From: Octopus sinensis
Taxonomy: Eukaryota
DNA length: 64,000 bases
Assembly (NCBI RefSeq): GCF_006345805.1
Contig: NC_043006.1
Location: 3,472,001-3,536,000, forward strand
Direction of reading: 5' to 3'
The position numbers and the translations under genes were made by a program. The notes under the pieces are model-generated. The model made no database searches. It worked only from the letters and a program-made list of their open reading frames with translations, and had not been told where the DNA came from. This document shows positions 25,912 through 39,975 of the stretch, piece after piece. Numbering within the stretch: position 1 is the stretch's first letter; every line of letters starts with the position of its first letter.

Positions 25912-26465
25912 GCCCTGATGCAGTACCAGGCAGTGGCTCTCATGGCTTCTGATCTTAACTGATTGGAAGTGTTATCATGTACATTGTTTTGTCTTGGTAT
26001 AAAAGATGGGCTACACCAAATATTCTGCTCAATACCACAGATTTGCTTGTCAGTTGTTTGATCTTAACCAGTTGAGCATGTCCCTTAGTGGCTGACGATA
26101 TGTGCATCTCTGATCACGAGCAGAAGTAGTGGGTGAGCATCATAGCCATGTGTTGAGAGGGATTCTTTGGGGCTTGAATAGTTCACCTCTGGAAACATGG
26201 GTGGTTCTTTCAACATCCTTAAACAACCCTTATTCAGGGACCGTTTGAGCGGGATGGGCTACTCAACCTGAAGAAAATTCTAACTGGGCCCCACCTGCAA
26301 GGTCATGTGCTGTTTATCCTGATATGAGATCACCATGTCGCGCACATATGGTTGTGATGCATGTGCCTGGTGTACCTTTATCAGACAGGTAGTCATGATG
26401 TGTATATTGGGCTTCGTATATTTTACCCCAGTGTCACTTTGATGGCATGAACTGCTCTCTCACTC
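25912..26465. mobile_element. About 555-bp non-coding element between (TAA)n tracts, unclassified
   Basis: Sharp boundaries with (AAT)n on both sides; no ORF, TIR or tRNA head. Confidence 0.55.
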
Positions 26466-26504
26466 AATAATAATAATAATAATAATAATGATAATAATAA
26501 TAAG

Positions 26505-27367
26505 AAGAAAAGCCCCTTCATGGTAAATACAGGACTAAACTAAACGCAAAAGAAATAGACAAAGAAAAATCCCAGCAATGGTTGAGAAGCTCAGGACTCA
26601 AAGCAGAAACAGAGGGATTTTTAATTGCAGCACAAGACCAAAGCCTCCCCACCAGAAATTACCAAAAACATATAATGAAAAGAAATATTACAAGTAACTG
26701 CAGAATATGTGGAGATGGACAAGAAACAATAAATCATATTATCTCTAGCTCCTCAGTCCTGGCTAAGAAGGAATATATTCACAGACATGTCAGAGTTGGA
26801 ACCTACATACATTGGAAGCTATGCCAACATTATGGAATAACAACAGAAAAAAGATGGTATAGGCACACACCAGAAAAGGTCACAGAAAACGAGAAAGCAA
26901 CCATACTCTGGGATATGCCGATACACACAGATAGAGAAATTAAGGCCAACAGACCAGATATAGTTGTCAGAGACCATGAAGAAAAAAAATGCTTTCTAAT
27001 TGATGTATCAATACCGGCTGATGACAACGTGTCTCTAAAAGAAATGGAGAAACTTTCAAAATACAAAGACCTGGAAATAGAGGTAACTAGAATGTGGAAT
27101 CTGAAAACAGAAACAATTCCTATCATAGTAGGTGCATTAGGCATGATAAAAAAAAATATTCAGACAAATACATAACAAAAGCACCAGGACTTACAAACAC
27201 ATATAACATACAGAAAATTGCACTACTAGGCACTGCACACATCCTACGCAGAACACTGTCAATACAGTAACCATCAGGGCATCACAACAAATCACAGCAC
27301 ATACCCAAGGCACACAGAGCTGCGCTCGGTGGTGAAGTGAAAGCACGCTATAAAAATAAAACTACTG
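26505..27367 (+). mobile_element. Dong/R4 3' fragment (CCHC, RLE, 3'UTR), same family as 22651-25825
   Basis: Near-identical to about 24966-25825; ORF 26582-27175; tail of (TAA)n then (CAA)n. Confidence 0.93.
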
Positions 27368-27562
<195 letters not shown>

Positions 27563-29395
27563 ATAATACAGTGTATGCGAGCGGGGTGATAATGTTGCGG
27601 GCGTCCAGATATGAAGTATCATTTCTGAATGGATAAACTGTAATATAGAGTACAAATCACGATGTACAAATCCCAATGTCGTGTTAAAATGGTATTGCTG
27701 CCAGGCATCACAGAGCTCAGATAGCAGAATGCAAGAAACTCGATGCAATATTCAGAAATCAGAAGCCGATTCACTTTGTCGGATTTCGCGAGCAAACATT
27801 GATGCACAAGGTATGTAGTCCAAGGTGCTCAATGTAGAATGCAATATCTTGCTTCTGCATTTGTTTTCTCCCATTTTGTACGTTTGTCACACTCTGCATT
27901 CTACATTGAGCACCTTGGACTACATACCTTGTGCATCAATGTTTGCTCGAGACAGAAATCATAGAACGCGAATCACAGCACTGCGTTCAGCATTGGTAAC
28001 GAAAAATCTTAAAGCTAACTTCTTTTAAAGGTTTTAGCGTATAAGCATCGCGAAATCGGGATGTACAATCTCAAGATGCACAACGTGGATCTTAGCATTT
28101 ATATTTGTAAAAGCAGAAACAAATACAGAGCCAGAAACCAGACAGACCATTAATTTTCGCAGTGTTGTATTTCCTGTTAATTGTTTACGTGGGCCCTGAT
28201 TACTGAATGACTGGATGCAGTAGCAAAGAAAAATACGAAAAGGAGGCGAATACAAAATAGTAAATAATAAAGAGCAAAAATAGAAATCTGTCAGTAAGTA
28301 ATTGCATATAATGTGTATGAAGAACAGTATTCCTGTTCGATCATCTGGGATGACTCTAGTCGATGAAAGGCTGAACAGGTCGCATTGTTCCGAAACTGAC
28401 ATACAAGATTTTATCTCTCAAGCATCGAAAGTCCGCAAGTACGCCATCTGAAGGTGCAAAACATTGTTGCCTTAAGATCTCAAAATGCAAAGCGTACGAT
28501 AGATACAGCCGTCGGAGTAATCGAGGCGGCAAAGTAATCTACTATGAGTGGCTATGGCAGTAAAGAAATTCGTATGCTGTGCTGTTTGATGGGTTTGCAC
28601 AAGGGGAAGCACTGAACCAAAAAGGTAAAAGTGTGATGACTGTAAGAAGCTGGTGAGACACTGCAGGGTGTGAAAAGGAGAGAGAGAGAGTGTATGTATA
28701 CTTAGAGAAAATTAACTGACTTTGGCTGCTAGCCGATCTGCAGGCCTATACCAGGTTTGATGGTGAACTTCCTTCGGAACAGAGATATGCTTGAAAGTTA
28801 AACACCTTTGTTTGTAGGTAAGAGGTGAAGATTTTAAGGATGTTGATTATCAAAAGGAAGATTCTCAAAATACTACGCTCAGGCAAACACTCTGTAACCA
28901 CAAAGATTCAGTTACTTACTCTCTTGATACCAAATACCTTTTGAAAAAAAAATTGGTCTATAAAGATGAAGGCTGTATGAGTAGAACATTTGTCGGCCTG
29001 AGCTAAAACATCTTGAAGACCCGTTTTAGACAGCATATACATACATTCCAACACAGGATGAAATGAAATTTCACACTTCTGTCAAAATAAATCAAGTATT
29101 TAAGAAAATAGAGAGAGAGAAAATTTCTCCATAAGGTGAAGTATTGCTGTAAAGTTAAAAGTAGGATACGGCTGCGTGTCATAATACAAACTCAGTGTAA
29201 AAGAAAATTAAAAATTATTTACCTTCCCAACTAATATCCAGGCCATCTGAGATCGGTTAGATTGATACCACTAAACATCATGATGAACTCACAAAAAAAA
29301 AAGTAGAAGTCAAACTTAGAGGGCTAATGATCTGGGGAAAAAAGCATTGGTTGAGCGAGATGCATGCATACATAGATACATGCATGCATAGATAC

Positions 29396-29767
29396 GGATC
29401 TTTACCTTTTGACCGATAGATTTAAAAGATAAATTTTGGAACTAAACACTTTCAAACTTCGTATACTGGTAGAATGTGTCACATAAAACATCTTTTACGC
29501 TTGGCGTTGTAGAGAAAATTCTGTATTTTGGAAGTTATTTTTTGTTAAAGTTGTCGTATTTCGGTAATTTCAACCAATCAGTGACGTATATTCAGCTGAA
29601 TAAGATTACTGCTTTATCAAAAAATAACTTCCAAAATACGGAATTATCTCAACAACACCAAAAGTGATAGATGTTTTATGTGATACATTCTACAAGTATA
29701 CGAAGTTTGAAAGTGTTTAGTTACAAAAAATTATTTTTTAAATCTGTCGGTCAAAAAGTAAAGATCC
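29396..29767. mobile_element. 372-bp long-TIR MITE (about 165-bp arms)
   Basis: ggatctttac.ttttgaccga.agatttaaaa... mirrored by ...ttttaaatct.tcggtcaaaa.gtaaagatcc; superfamily unclear. Confidence 0.82.
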
Positions 29768-29983
29768 ATCCATCCATCCATCCATACATACATACATACA
29801 TATGGTGTTTGTCCCAGTTCTTTGCATTCTGAATCTAAACTCCATGGAATTGACTTCGCCTTTCATTCCTGCGAGGCCAATAAAATAAGTACCAGTCATG
29901 CACGAGGGTTGATGTAATCGACTAGCCCTCCTCCGCCGAAAAATTTCAGGCCTTGTACAACTGACAGTGAGAAGGGATATTAT

Positions 29984-30160
29984 GCGGTAAGCTGGCAGAA
30001 TCGTTAGAACGCCGGGCAAAATGCTTAGCGGCATTTCGTTCAAATTCTCCCGAGGTCGACTTTGTCTTCCATCCTTTCGGGGTCGATAAATCAAGTACCA
30101 ATGAAGCACTGGGGTCGATGTAATCCACTAGTCCCCTCCCACAAATTTCAGCCCTTTAGA
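29984..30160 (+). mobile_element. tRNA-derived SINE, third family
   Basis: Head gcggtaagctggcagaatcgttag..ttcaaattctcccgaggtcgacttt; related pieces at about 29825-29960, 31760-31850 and 60-130. Confidence 0.72.
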
Positions 30161-30476
30161 AGAAGAGATCGTTTCTGTTGCTGTTGTTGTTGTTGTTCTT
30201 GTTACTCATTTACTCTTTTACTTGTTTCAGTAATTTGACTGTGGCCATGCTGGAGCACCGCATTAAGCCTTCCGAAATCTTTTGAAGTTAGTCCCTGTCT
30301 TCCATGCAGTCACATTCAAGCCACCTGCCTCATTGAGATGCCGATTCACGTGGTCCTTATAGAGTTTTGCGGGTGACTACTACTTTATCAAACGTACCTT
30401 ATCTCCAGATAACCTATTTGTTTCATTCTCTCTCTTTTTCTCTCTTTCCTCCCATCTCCCCTCTCTCCCTCACATG

Positions 30477-30550
<74 letters not shown>

Positions 30551-33500
30551 CGTATGTATGTATGCATGCATATGTGTTTTTATATCTTCTCCGCTGGTCC
30601 CTATTTCGCCATCCTTATCTATCAATGCTTTTTGTCCCCTTTTCCTTTTCACACCACTTCGCCACCCTCTTTCACATTCTCTCTTTCCCTTCCACTTTTC
30701 TTCTCAGCCACGCTTTCTTTCACTCATTTTCATTGTTTTTCTTTTCTCTTATGATCAATATTCTTAACCGGGGGTTAACCACCACTTTCTCATATGCCAC
30801 CAGCATCTCTGTAGCTCTTATATCTACAGATATTTCTCTCTTACCATCTTCTCTCTCCCTCTCTCTTTCCTTCTCTTTATCTATTTCACCCTTTCTCTCT
30901 TTTTCTCTCTTTCCTCTCTCTTTTTGTCTCTCTCTTTGACTCTTTCTGTCTCTCTCTTTCTCTATCTCTCCTTCACTCTCCTTGTCGTGATATTACTCTC
31001 TCTCTCTCTCCTTTTTCCGTCTCTTTCAATGTCTTCCTCTTCACGTCTCCCAGTTATCTATTCCTCTCACTAGTTATGGAAATTTAAGTAAGCATGGCGA
31101 TGTGTGAATATGAGCTTTGCTCGAAGGATAAAATAAAACATTGTGTCGATCGTCAGCTGTCGCTGTTGTCATTCTTATCACGACGTCGGTCTGATCATGC
31201 AGGGAAAAAAAACAAAAAAAAAATAGCCGAGAAGTTGTATGAAGGAAAGTCAAAAAGACTAAAAGATAAAAAAAAAAAATAAGGCATTCTTTAAAGATCA
31301 GTATATGAATGAAACGAAGTCAGAGCAGTTGGTTTTGGTTCGCTCCAAGACATAACAAAATGTCAAAAGAAAAGGAAAAAATACTTCGAAGCAAGGAAAA
31401 GGATAAGTACTTCTTCAAAACTAATAAAGCCTGAGATTCAAGAATAGACTCATATATCAAACTGTGTTATGTAGCTGAATTGAACTCACCCGTTTCTCAA
31501 CTTAGAAAACTTGAACTAGGAAGAAGGGAAACTGTAAACCAATAAGCCATAGCATAGAATATTTTCACGAAGTATTGGCTTTATATATCTCTATCGACTG
31601 GATATTACATATGTAGGATAGCTGCGTTGAGCATTTGGTACAGTAGATCTTGCATATTCAGATCAGAACCTCATTTCTCTATCTATTCACATTTTCCTCT
31701 TTAGGCGGCGAACTGGCATTGGAGCGTCGAGCTATACGTTTTGCAGTGTCCACTCCTATTTCTTTCCTCCTGAGTTCAAATCACGCTGAAATCAACTTTT
31801 CATTTCATCCTCCGGGGTCGACAGATAAAGTGCCAGTCAAGGGCGACAAACTAGAGTAATGATTAAATCATTGGGCGGGAGTTTTTTTTTAATATGCTTC
31901 GATTCTTTGTATTCTAATTTTAAATGTTGAGACCTTGTTGCATAACAGATTCAAACCGTCGCCTGGTTTAACACCGCTTCTTGTCTTTTGGGGTCTTTTA
32001 GGGAAGCCCATTCTGTTGCAAAATTTGGGACACGTGTCCAGTTTAAGGATACTTTTCTCTCTTCCTTCCATAAGCTTCCGAGGCTCTTCTTTCTTGTACA
32101 AAGGCTAAAAAAGATATTGATCTGAAAATGCTCATACTGAACAGGGGCCATATCAATCATACTAGCTTGGAAGAAATTGCAGAGTTTGTAGGTACTATGC
32201 CTCATCCATAGCTGCAAAAAGCTTTTATAACATCTGGTATTTATAAATAAAGCATCACAGACACGAGTGGGAACGATCATAAAACAACTGCTGTAAAAAT
32301 CTGACTCTTAAAGACTTAAACAGCTCATCATTTTTGGATGGCTTGCGTATTTTATGCGCAAGTAGTAGAACTTTATGTTGCTGGTAGAAGAGATAATAGA
32401 TGACTTTTTGGCGAGATTGAATGTTTTTGGCGACGAAAACAAAAAGTAGACAAGTAAACCACTAAGTTTCAGTATCACAGGTGCTTCTGTGAAGAAAGAG
32501 TTAGTATCCAGTTCGATTTTTAACAGAATGAACTGTTATTTGAGGAAGGAATTAGATTCAAGTATGAGATTCTCAGGTAACAGAAGTAATAAACTGATAT
32601 GATGTCTACTCAATGATGATCTAACATGTAACAATGAACATACTGTAATTTAGAAATAGAAGAGTACTTTGTACTGCTAACCAGCTTTCATTTGGAAGCG
32701 TGTTGTGTTTTCATGAAGTGTAATGGGAAAAGCGGCGTGGACAATAAAATCCCATAACTTTGACACGACAATAAATTGAAAATGGAATGAAAGTTTTAGT
32801 GTGATCTTTGAATAAAACTCTCTTATGTGGAGGGTAATAAATTGTTCGTTTGGTGGGGCTGGTTCAACTCAACGAAAACAACCTGAAGGTATTGGTTCAA
32901 ATCACTAAAAAAATATAGAGCAAAATTCTGAGTTTTTATATGACAACAAATAACGGGAGACTTCAGAATGTGTACAAAGAATTACAAAAGAGATCTGTTA
33001 AATAACAACTTGAATTTGTGAATATATCATAAGTTGATCGTCAATGAATGAATAGAATTTTGTTTTAAACCAGAAGCGGTTGATATCTTGCTGTTGTAAA
33101 GGATGTGGAGTTATAGAAAACAAAATCAGATTCTGTTAGGAGAAGTATAATGGTTCATGAAATTAATTTAGAAGCTGTGAAATGAATAGTCTAAGAATTA
33201 AAGATTAACCAGATATCTGAATGAAAAGATCAGCGGAAGCCATGTTGAAAACTGCATCGTCGGTAGCTATGTAAAAGTTTTTGGAACTAATAAGAACATG
33301 TACATGGAAAATGAGAAAAAAGGTTCTGGTAAAGTCTTGGAAAACTGCATTGCAATATATTAATGATTTTTTACAATAGCTTGGATGAAGGAAGTAAATA
33401 TAATACAGTGAAAAGTCAGATGTAATATAGAAACAAAATAAGCATGCAAGACGCTCTTGTAAAATTTCTAAAATACACAACAGTACAAGTGGCAAGCGAC

Positions 33501-34081
33501 TAAATCTAATTTTAGAAAAATTTAGAAACAAGTTATAGAATATGATCCATTGAAAATAGCGGGTGACAAGATGATTACATCAAAAACATGGCTTGTGACA
33601 TCTCTGTAATAAGAAGATAATAATAAGTGGTGACATGTCTGACAAAAGTGATATTATATAATTGTTTCACGCTTGAGTCAATAGTAAAATAAAACTGACA
33701 CAATAACTCTTCACACTTTGAAATAGACAAACTAAGAAAACAGATGCAAGCATGTCAAAGCCACAGCAGGCGATAATGGCCATTTACAAAATCAAATCAC
33801 AGCATGGCTCGAAGCTACAGAAAACAAATAAGTAGCAAAGACTTCCAACATTTTTTTTAAAGGAAAATGGGGTTCCTCGATTTTGAATATGAGGTGATCA
33901 GAAATGAATGAAATAGGACATTTTGGTAACTTGTCAAACTTTATCCAACTTAGTTGAATTTTTGAAAAGGAAATAGTTGAACGGAGCTCGAGTTTGGCAG
34001 AAATATATCAGTGCTACTAATTTCTTAATATAAAAAGAAAGATCAAAACACGAGATTGCGCAAGCACTCGCACGCGTTTAT

Positions 34082-34126
<45 letters not shown>

Positions 34127-34173
34127 CGGTTATATATAGCAGAGTTAGAAGAGAAAAATATTTAATTGCGTCA

Positions 34174-34246
34174 TTCTTACAGGTGCTTCCGTAAAAATTA
34201 TAGAATAGACCAATTAGATAAATTATATATCCACTTCATCAGAAAA
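34174..34246 (-). ncRNA. Degenerate hammerhead-like motif near a TA tract
   Basis: Minus: tttt-CTGATGA-a-gtgga...tttac-GGAAG-cacctg-TA-agaa. Confidence 0.35.
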
Positions 34247-34365
34247 TATTTAAAAACGTATTACTTCAGCTTGATTTACTTAACGTATCAAGAGACAAAG
34301 TAAAAAGAATTCAGTATTATACAGACACACAAACAAACACATACACACAAACACACAAGCAATCA

Positions 34366-34403
<38 letters not shown>

Positions 34404-34799
34404 ACGCACAGACATAATGTACTTTAAGAATTTATTGCTGGTAGAACATAAATATCTTTTTATCTTCCTCGTGTAAGGATATTTATATCTGCGTTTGGTT
34501 AAGTTGTTAGGTGTTGAGAGTTTTATATCAACCAAACTCTTCTGTTTAACATATAGATCAATTGTTATATATATGTGTGAGTATGTGTGTGTGCGCGTAC
34601 ATATATATATATATACGCATGCATATATAAACATATATATATATGTATATAAATATGCAATACATATGAATCCACACATATATACATATACAAACAAACG
34701 TAATTCATCTTTGCCTATTTATATATAATCCAAACATATACAGATGTTTATTTTTTAGCAAGTATTTGTATGTTTATATGCTTATTATTCTCCTTAGGA

Positions 34800-35420
34800 A
34801 TACAGACACAGTAAAATAAGTCATTCCTTGCCGCCAAATTGTTCGAGGAAAATTAAATTCAGCAGAATAGCGTTTTTTTATTTATGAATTGTTAAGATTT
34901 TATATCGTTTGATAATTGAATATCTTCTATGGTTTTCATTGGCACACTCTTAAAACAACTCTAAGTCTTGAAGATTGTAGAAACGTGCAAGTTATACTTC
35001 CGTTCCCTCGATTTTGTAGGTTTATGTCTGTTAGTGTTATCTCTCTTAAGTGTTTCAACCTTAAGAAAACCTGCATCTTACCTTTGTCTTACCTTTAATG
35101 TACTGAACCTGTATTTATAGTATTTCATTGAAGTTTTACAATTCTTCCCTATTTTGTGTATATTCTAAGCACGATATCGGATAGATTCATTCCTTTCATT
35201 TAATTATTAAGAGTGTTGCAGCATTTCTGAAAAGGGTCGGATGGAGGACCGATGTAATACTGTTCTCTTGGCTAATGGCATTGTATTTATAGATTCTGTG
35301 AATTATAAGGTGAATTATCTTTAATAAGACACTGAATTACATGAAGGGGTTTCTATCTTAAGGGGCTCTTGAGGGACCTTTATACTTTTATGTTTCCTTT
35401 TGCTTTTCAGATACCTTTTT
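34800..35420 (-). pseudogene. Possible heavily decayed Penelope-like RT
   Basis: Minus-strand fragments YTQNREEL*NFNEIL, QVFLRL and RLRVVLRVCQ loosely fit the PLE RT palm/thumb; many stops. Confidence 0.3.
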
Positions 35421-35511
35421 TGTTCTCTCAATGTTTATGACAGAGTATTGTAACTATCGTAATTACTTTTCATATTAGTGTCCGTAGTATTAATATCAAC
35501 GTATATATATA

Positions 35512-35690
35512 TATAGTTAATCCAAACATGAAAACACGAAGAGAAACACAACAACGGGAAGACATGGAACGAGTTTAGTGTCATTGGACGCTCGGGAAAG
35601 GAAAGAAAGAAGGAGGATTTAACGAGCTCTTCGTCGGAAACATAGGAAAAGGAAAGATCCAAGGAAGGAAAGACGGAGGAAAAAATATAT
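35512..35690 (-). mobile_element. Short Penelope-like repeat, family B (hammerhead internally deleted)
   Basis: Reverse complement matches 49800-49990; 3' portion also at 15787-15893. Confidence 0.65.
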
Positions 35691-36352
35691 ATATCGGTCT
35701 TTTGCCGAACCACTTAGTTATGGGGACGTAAACACACCAGCATCGGTTGTCAAGCGATATCGGTAGGGACAAACACAGATACACAACCATACATATTTAT
35801 ATACGACGGGATTCTTTCAGTTTCCGTCTACCAAATCTACTCAAAAGGCTTCGGTCAGCCTGAGGCTACAGTAGAAGACACTTGCTCAAGGTGCCATGCA
35901 GTGGGACTGAACCCGGAACCATCTAGTTGGGAAGCAAGCTTCTTACCACTGTACAGAAAACAAATACAAAGAGAGGTGAGGGAACAAGCAGTTGCATTAG
36001 TTCGACATTCGGGAAGAATGGAAAAGTCTTTCACGTTTATGGCCATTGCTCTTCGACAGAAAGGGATGAGAGGAAAAAATATAGAGAGAAAAAACGGAGA
36101 GAGCAAAAAAAATGTGTGGGGATTAACGGTTTAACATGATGAAATGACCGGAAGAAAGGAGCTGAGTAAGGGGGAGATAATTGTGATCCGGCTGGGGTGC
36201 ACAAGTGCATGTGTGTATGTAAGAATTGTGTGTGTGTGTGTGTGAACGGGGTGAGCGCATGAAAATGTATGCGCAGGTGAGCTAAGAATTATGTGAATCT
36301 GTGTTCGGGCATCAGAGAGAGTACATGTATGTGTGTGTATGTATGTGTGTGA

Positions 36353-36387
<35 letters not shown>

Positions 36388-36664
36388 TGCGTGTGTATGT
36401 GTATGTGTGTGTACGTGTGTGCGTGTGTGTATGCGTAAGCTAACTAGCAAGTGAGTTGTGTAGAATGGTGTATGAGAGTATGAGAGGCTGTGTATAACAC
36501 ACACACACACACGTACAATTAAAAAGGTAGCTAAACACAAGTAGGCTTCGTAGGTGTATTTACATGCAATACAAAATAAAGAAAACAAAATATGCAAGAG
36601 GAATTATATAATAGTCTTTGCTTGAGAGTTGGCAATGAAATGCAATCGGCTGACCGGATGAATT

Positions 36665-37310
36665 CTTAGAACCTTTAAAACGAGAGATCAAGAAACCATG
36701 ATGATCCTCTGAAGGGCATCTGTCCAAGTCGATTTGACTATTGCTCCCAGCTATGGTCAACAACCAATGTCTAATTAATTGCAGAACTTGAGGCAATCCA
36801 ACGAAGTTACACAAAGACGAAGATAGCCTCTATACAGCATATAAGCTACTGGGAAAGACTCAAGAGAATGAGATTCTATTAGCTAGAGCGAAGGCAGGAA
36901 AGATATGCCGTAAAATGCGTCTGGAAAATCCTAGAGGGACTTGTCTCAAACTTTGGCATTGAGAATTACACTAACACTAGAACAGGGCGTCACTACATAG
37001 TGCCAAAGACTCCAATTTGCTATCAGAATAATAGGACAAGATATTGCAATATCCTTGGCTTTAAAGGCTCACAGCTCTTCAATATCCTCCCGAAGGACCT
37101 TTGAGACTTACATGGGGTGGATGTAGATGCCATCAAAACAAAACTAGATCTTTTACTGTCAAGAGTCCCAAATGAGCCAACTTCACAGCAGGAAGTGCAA
37201 ATGAGGGCAGCAGCGTCAAACTCCCTCATGCACCAAATGTTATGTTCTAAAATGAATTAGTGAAGTAAAAAGTAGGTAGCAACACCAGATGGTGGTGTCC
37301 CAGCATGATA
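36665..37310 (+). mobile_element. CR1-clade LINE 3' fragment
   Basis: SRFDYCSQLWS, ELEAIQRSYT, SYWERLKRMRFY*LERRQERY, WKILEGLV. Confidence 0.8.
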
Positions 37311-37364
37311 TGCATACATACATACATACATATATATATTATATATATATATATATATATAGAA

Positions 37365-37577
37365 GTAGATAAAAGGTACAACAAGGCACCAATATTTACT
37401 GGAAAATAGCAATCATAATAAATACGACGCTATTGTATAGCTTCACTGCGTATATACTAGCAAAGACGTGTGTGTGCAACAAACATGAAAAAAATTTGTC
37501 TTACTTCTAGGAAGAACATATGATAACTGGACAACCTAGAATCGGATAATGCAGGACCGGTTTCTAACTCTTCAAAT
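37365..37577 (+). mobile_element. Single-arm copy of the element at 54959-55213
   Basis: Reverse complement of about 55001-55213. Confidence 0.75.
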
Positions 37578-39001
37578 ACGTTTGACAACGTAAATTTGAT
37601 TAGTCTTCATCAACTGCATTTACCTAGACAAAATTTCAAATGTTGCCACATCTATGCCAGTATACTCGTCTGAACCCCAAAACTTCAATTGAAGAATTAT
37701 ACTTTTCTGTTATATTTGCTGTAATGAACTGGAATATCTATGTTTCGAATTTCATCAAAATTGCAGATGAGGGTTATTTCCCTCTTTGCACACCCTAAAA
37801 AATTGTAATCGTGCCACATGTATCCTATACTACTGATTTTTATGCGCATATTCCAAAATTCCAGTCTTAAAGAACCTGTTAAAAAGATTTTGCTCCTGAA
37901 AAATGAAGGTCATGGAGCTCTAAAATGTGAGAGTTAAGGCCCCTGTTGGGGGTGGTCATCTTAATGTCAACCAGAGAAGTTGAATTGTTGAGAATCTTTT
38001 TAACTTGGGTCTTATATCTATTGTTTGAATTTCTTTGAAATAGGAAATATATGTTCACTGGTTTGTAAAAGAGAGCAAAGCTACAGGAAACCAAAAGACG
38101 AATGATCACAATAAGCAGTCAGTTACCCTACCCTAGTCGTTACCACTCCCAATGTAGCATTCCTCACCATCCAGGTGACAGGCACAACCGTAAGATGCAT
38201 TACGAATCTATAGCAATTGGAAGGGCGTGACCCAACTGAAATCAACATTAACAACTGTGTGACGTGAGGGCTTAGGAGAAATTAAAGTGTCACCTCTGGA
38301 GTCTGCAAATGACCACTATACTGATACGTAACTGGACAAAATAAATTTACAATCTATAAATGTCTTTGAATAACCAGTCACTCATCTGGGAAGGCTTTGA
38401 AATCAATGTTACCATCTGGGGACTATGTGTGACGGAGTAATAATAAAAAAAAACTGAAAGGAGGTGTGCAATCAAATAACTTTACTCAACACTTTGCAAC
38501 TGAATCAGTGGAGGCAAAGATGCCTCTCATTTACTTGACAATTTATGCACCACATTACAAAAATCACAATGTAAATGTATGTCAAAACAAACTGTTACAC
38601 TGTTGTACCATTGAATTAGAAATAATGCCCAACTTTTATGCTCGGGTAACCCTACAGCTTCCAAGAGCACAACTGCATTCGTTTTTGCTTAGATAAAATG
38701 ACAAAATTGTGGGTGTTAAGTCCCCATGGAGGGGTCTTTCTAACTTTGTAAGAAGATGACATTTTATAAATATTACTTCATTTGTGTCTAATATCTATGG
38801 TTAAAATTTCATCAACAGCAAAACTATATGAATTGTCATGGGGGTTATGTCCCTTATGCATAGAATATAATTTCCAAATTTCATAAAGATCCATTCAGTA
38901 CTTTTGACCTAGTTTTGGATCATAAAAGAAATGACTAAAATTTGAGAGTTAAGGCTCCCATTAGGGTGTTTTATACACACATACACACACATATATGTAT
39001 A

Positions 39002-39067
<66 letters not shown>

Positions 39068-39414
39068 TATAGATACAAACACACACACACACACATACAA
39101 AGATAAATTGATAGATACAACTGAGTGAGCAAACAAAAATATGAGACACAGCCTAGTGCTTTTTTTATGTTGATAAGCCTGGTACTTATTCTATTAGCTT
39201 GTTCTTGTGAAACCAGTAAGTTATGTGAATGTAAATAAATGAACACCAGTTCATATGTATACATACATATATATATACGATTGATTTGTTTCAGTTCCTG
39301 TCTATGAAATCCATATATATTATTGTTGGCATCCTTTTTGTCTCGGGAGACAATGGAGTTGCGCATAAAATAATCTAGTCCGGCTTTTACATTTCATGTC
39401 CTAATACATCTCCT

Positions 39415-39975
39415 GCTGTGGCTGTGTAGTCCTATCCTGGACAAACACTCCTCTGGCAGGTGCCGCAAATGTAGCGAAGGCTTAGCCTGGCTGGTTGTAA
39501 TGTCATAGTTTCTTGTTGACGTATTTTCTTGTCTTTTCTTTTCTCCTCTCTCTCTATGTCACTCCTTTGTTTTCTTTCTTTTATGGTACGTCGCCAATCT
39601 CCACGGTTGCTGGCAACTGCTTCCCAGTTGGTAATATTGATGTTGCAGGCATTCATGTCCCTTTTGCAAACATCCTTGTATCGAAAGAACGGTCTTCCCA
39701 CAGACCTAGTGTCCCCTAGCAAGCTCTCCGTTGAGTATGTCCTTGGGGATTCTGCCATCTTCCATACAGCTAACATGTCCAAGCCATCTCATACGTCTTT
39801 GTGTGAGGAGTGCAAACATGCTTGGTATCTTTGTTGGGGACATGATTCTGCCATGTGATGCGAAGGATTTTCCGGAGGCATCACAGGTGAAAGATATTTA
39901 GGCGACGCTCTTGGCGTGTGTATGGCGTCCAAGTCTCGCTTCCATACAGTAGAGTGCTAAGTACACATGCTGCAT
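39415..39975 (-). mobile_element. RTE (BovB-like) LINE 3' fragment
   Basis: VLSTLLYGSETW, CLRKILRITW, RRMRWLGHV, DGRIPKDIL, GRPFFRYKDVCKRDM. Confidence 0.88.
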
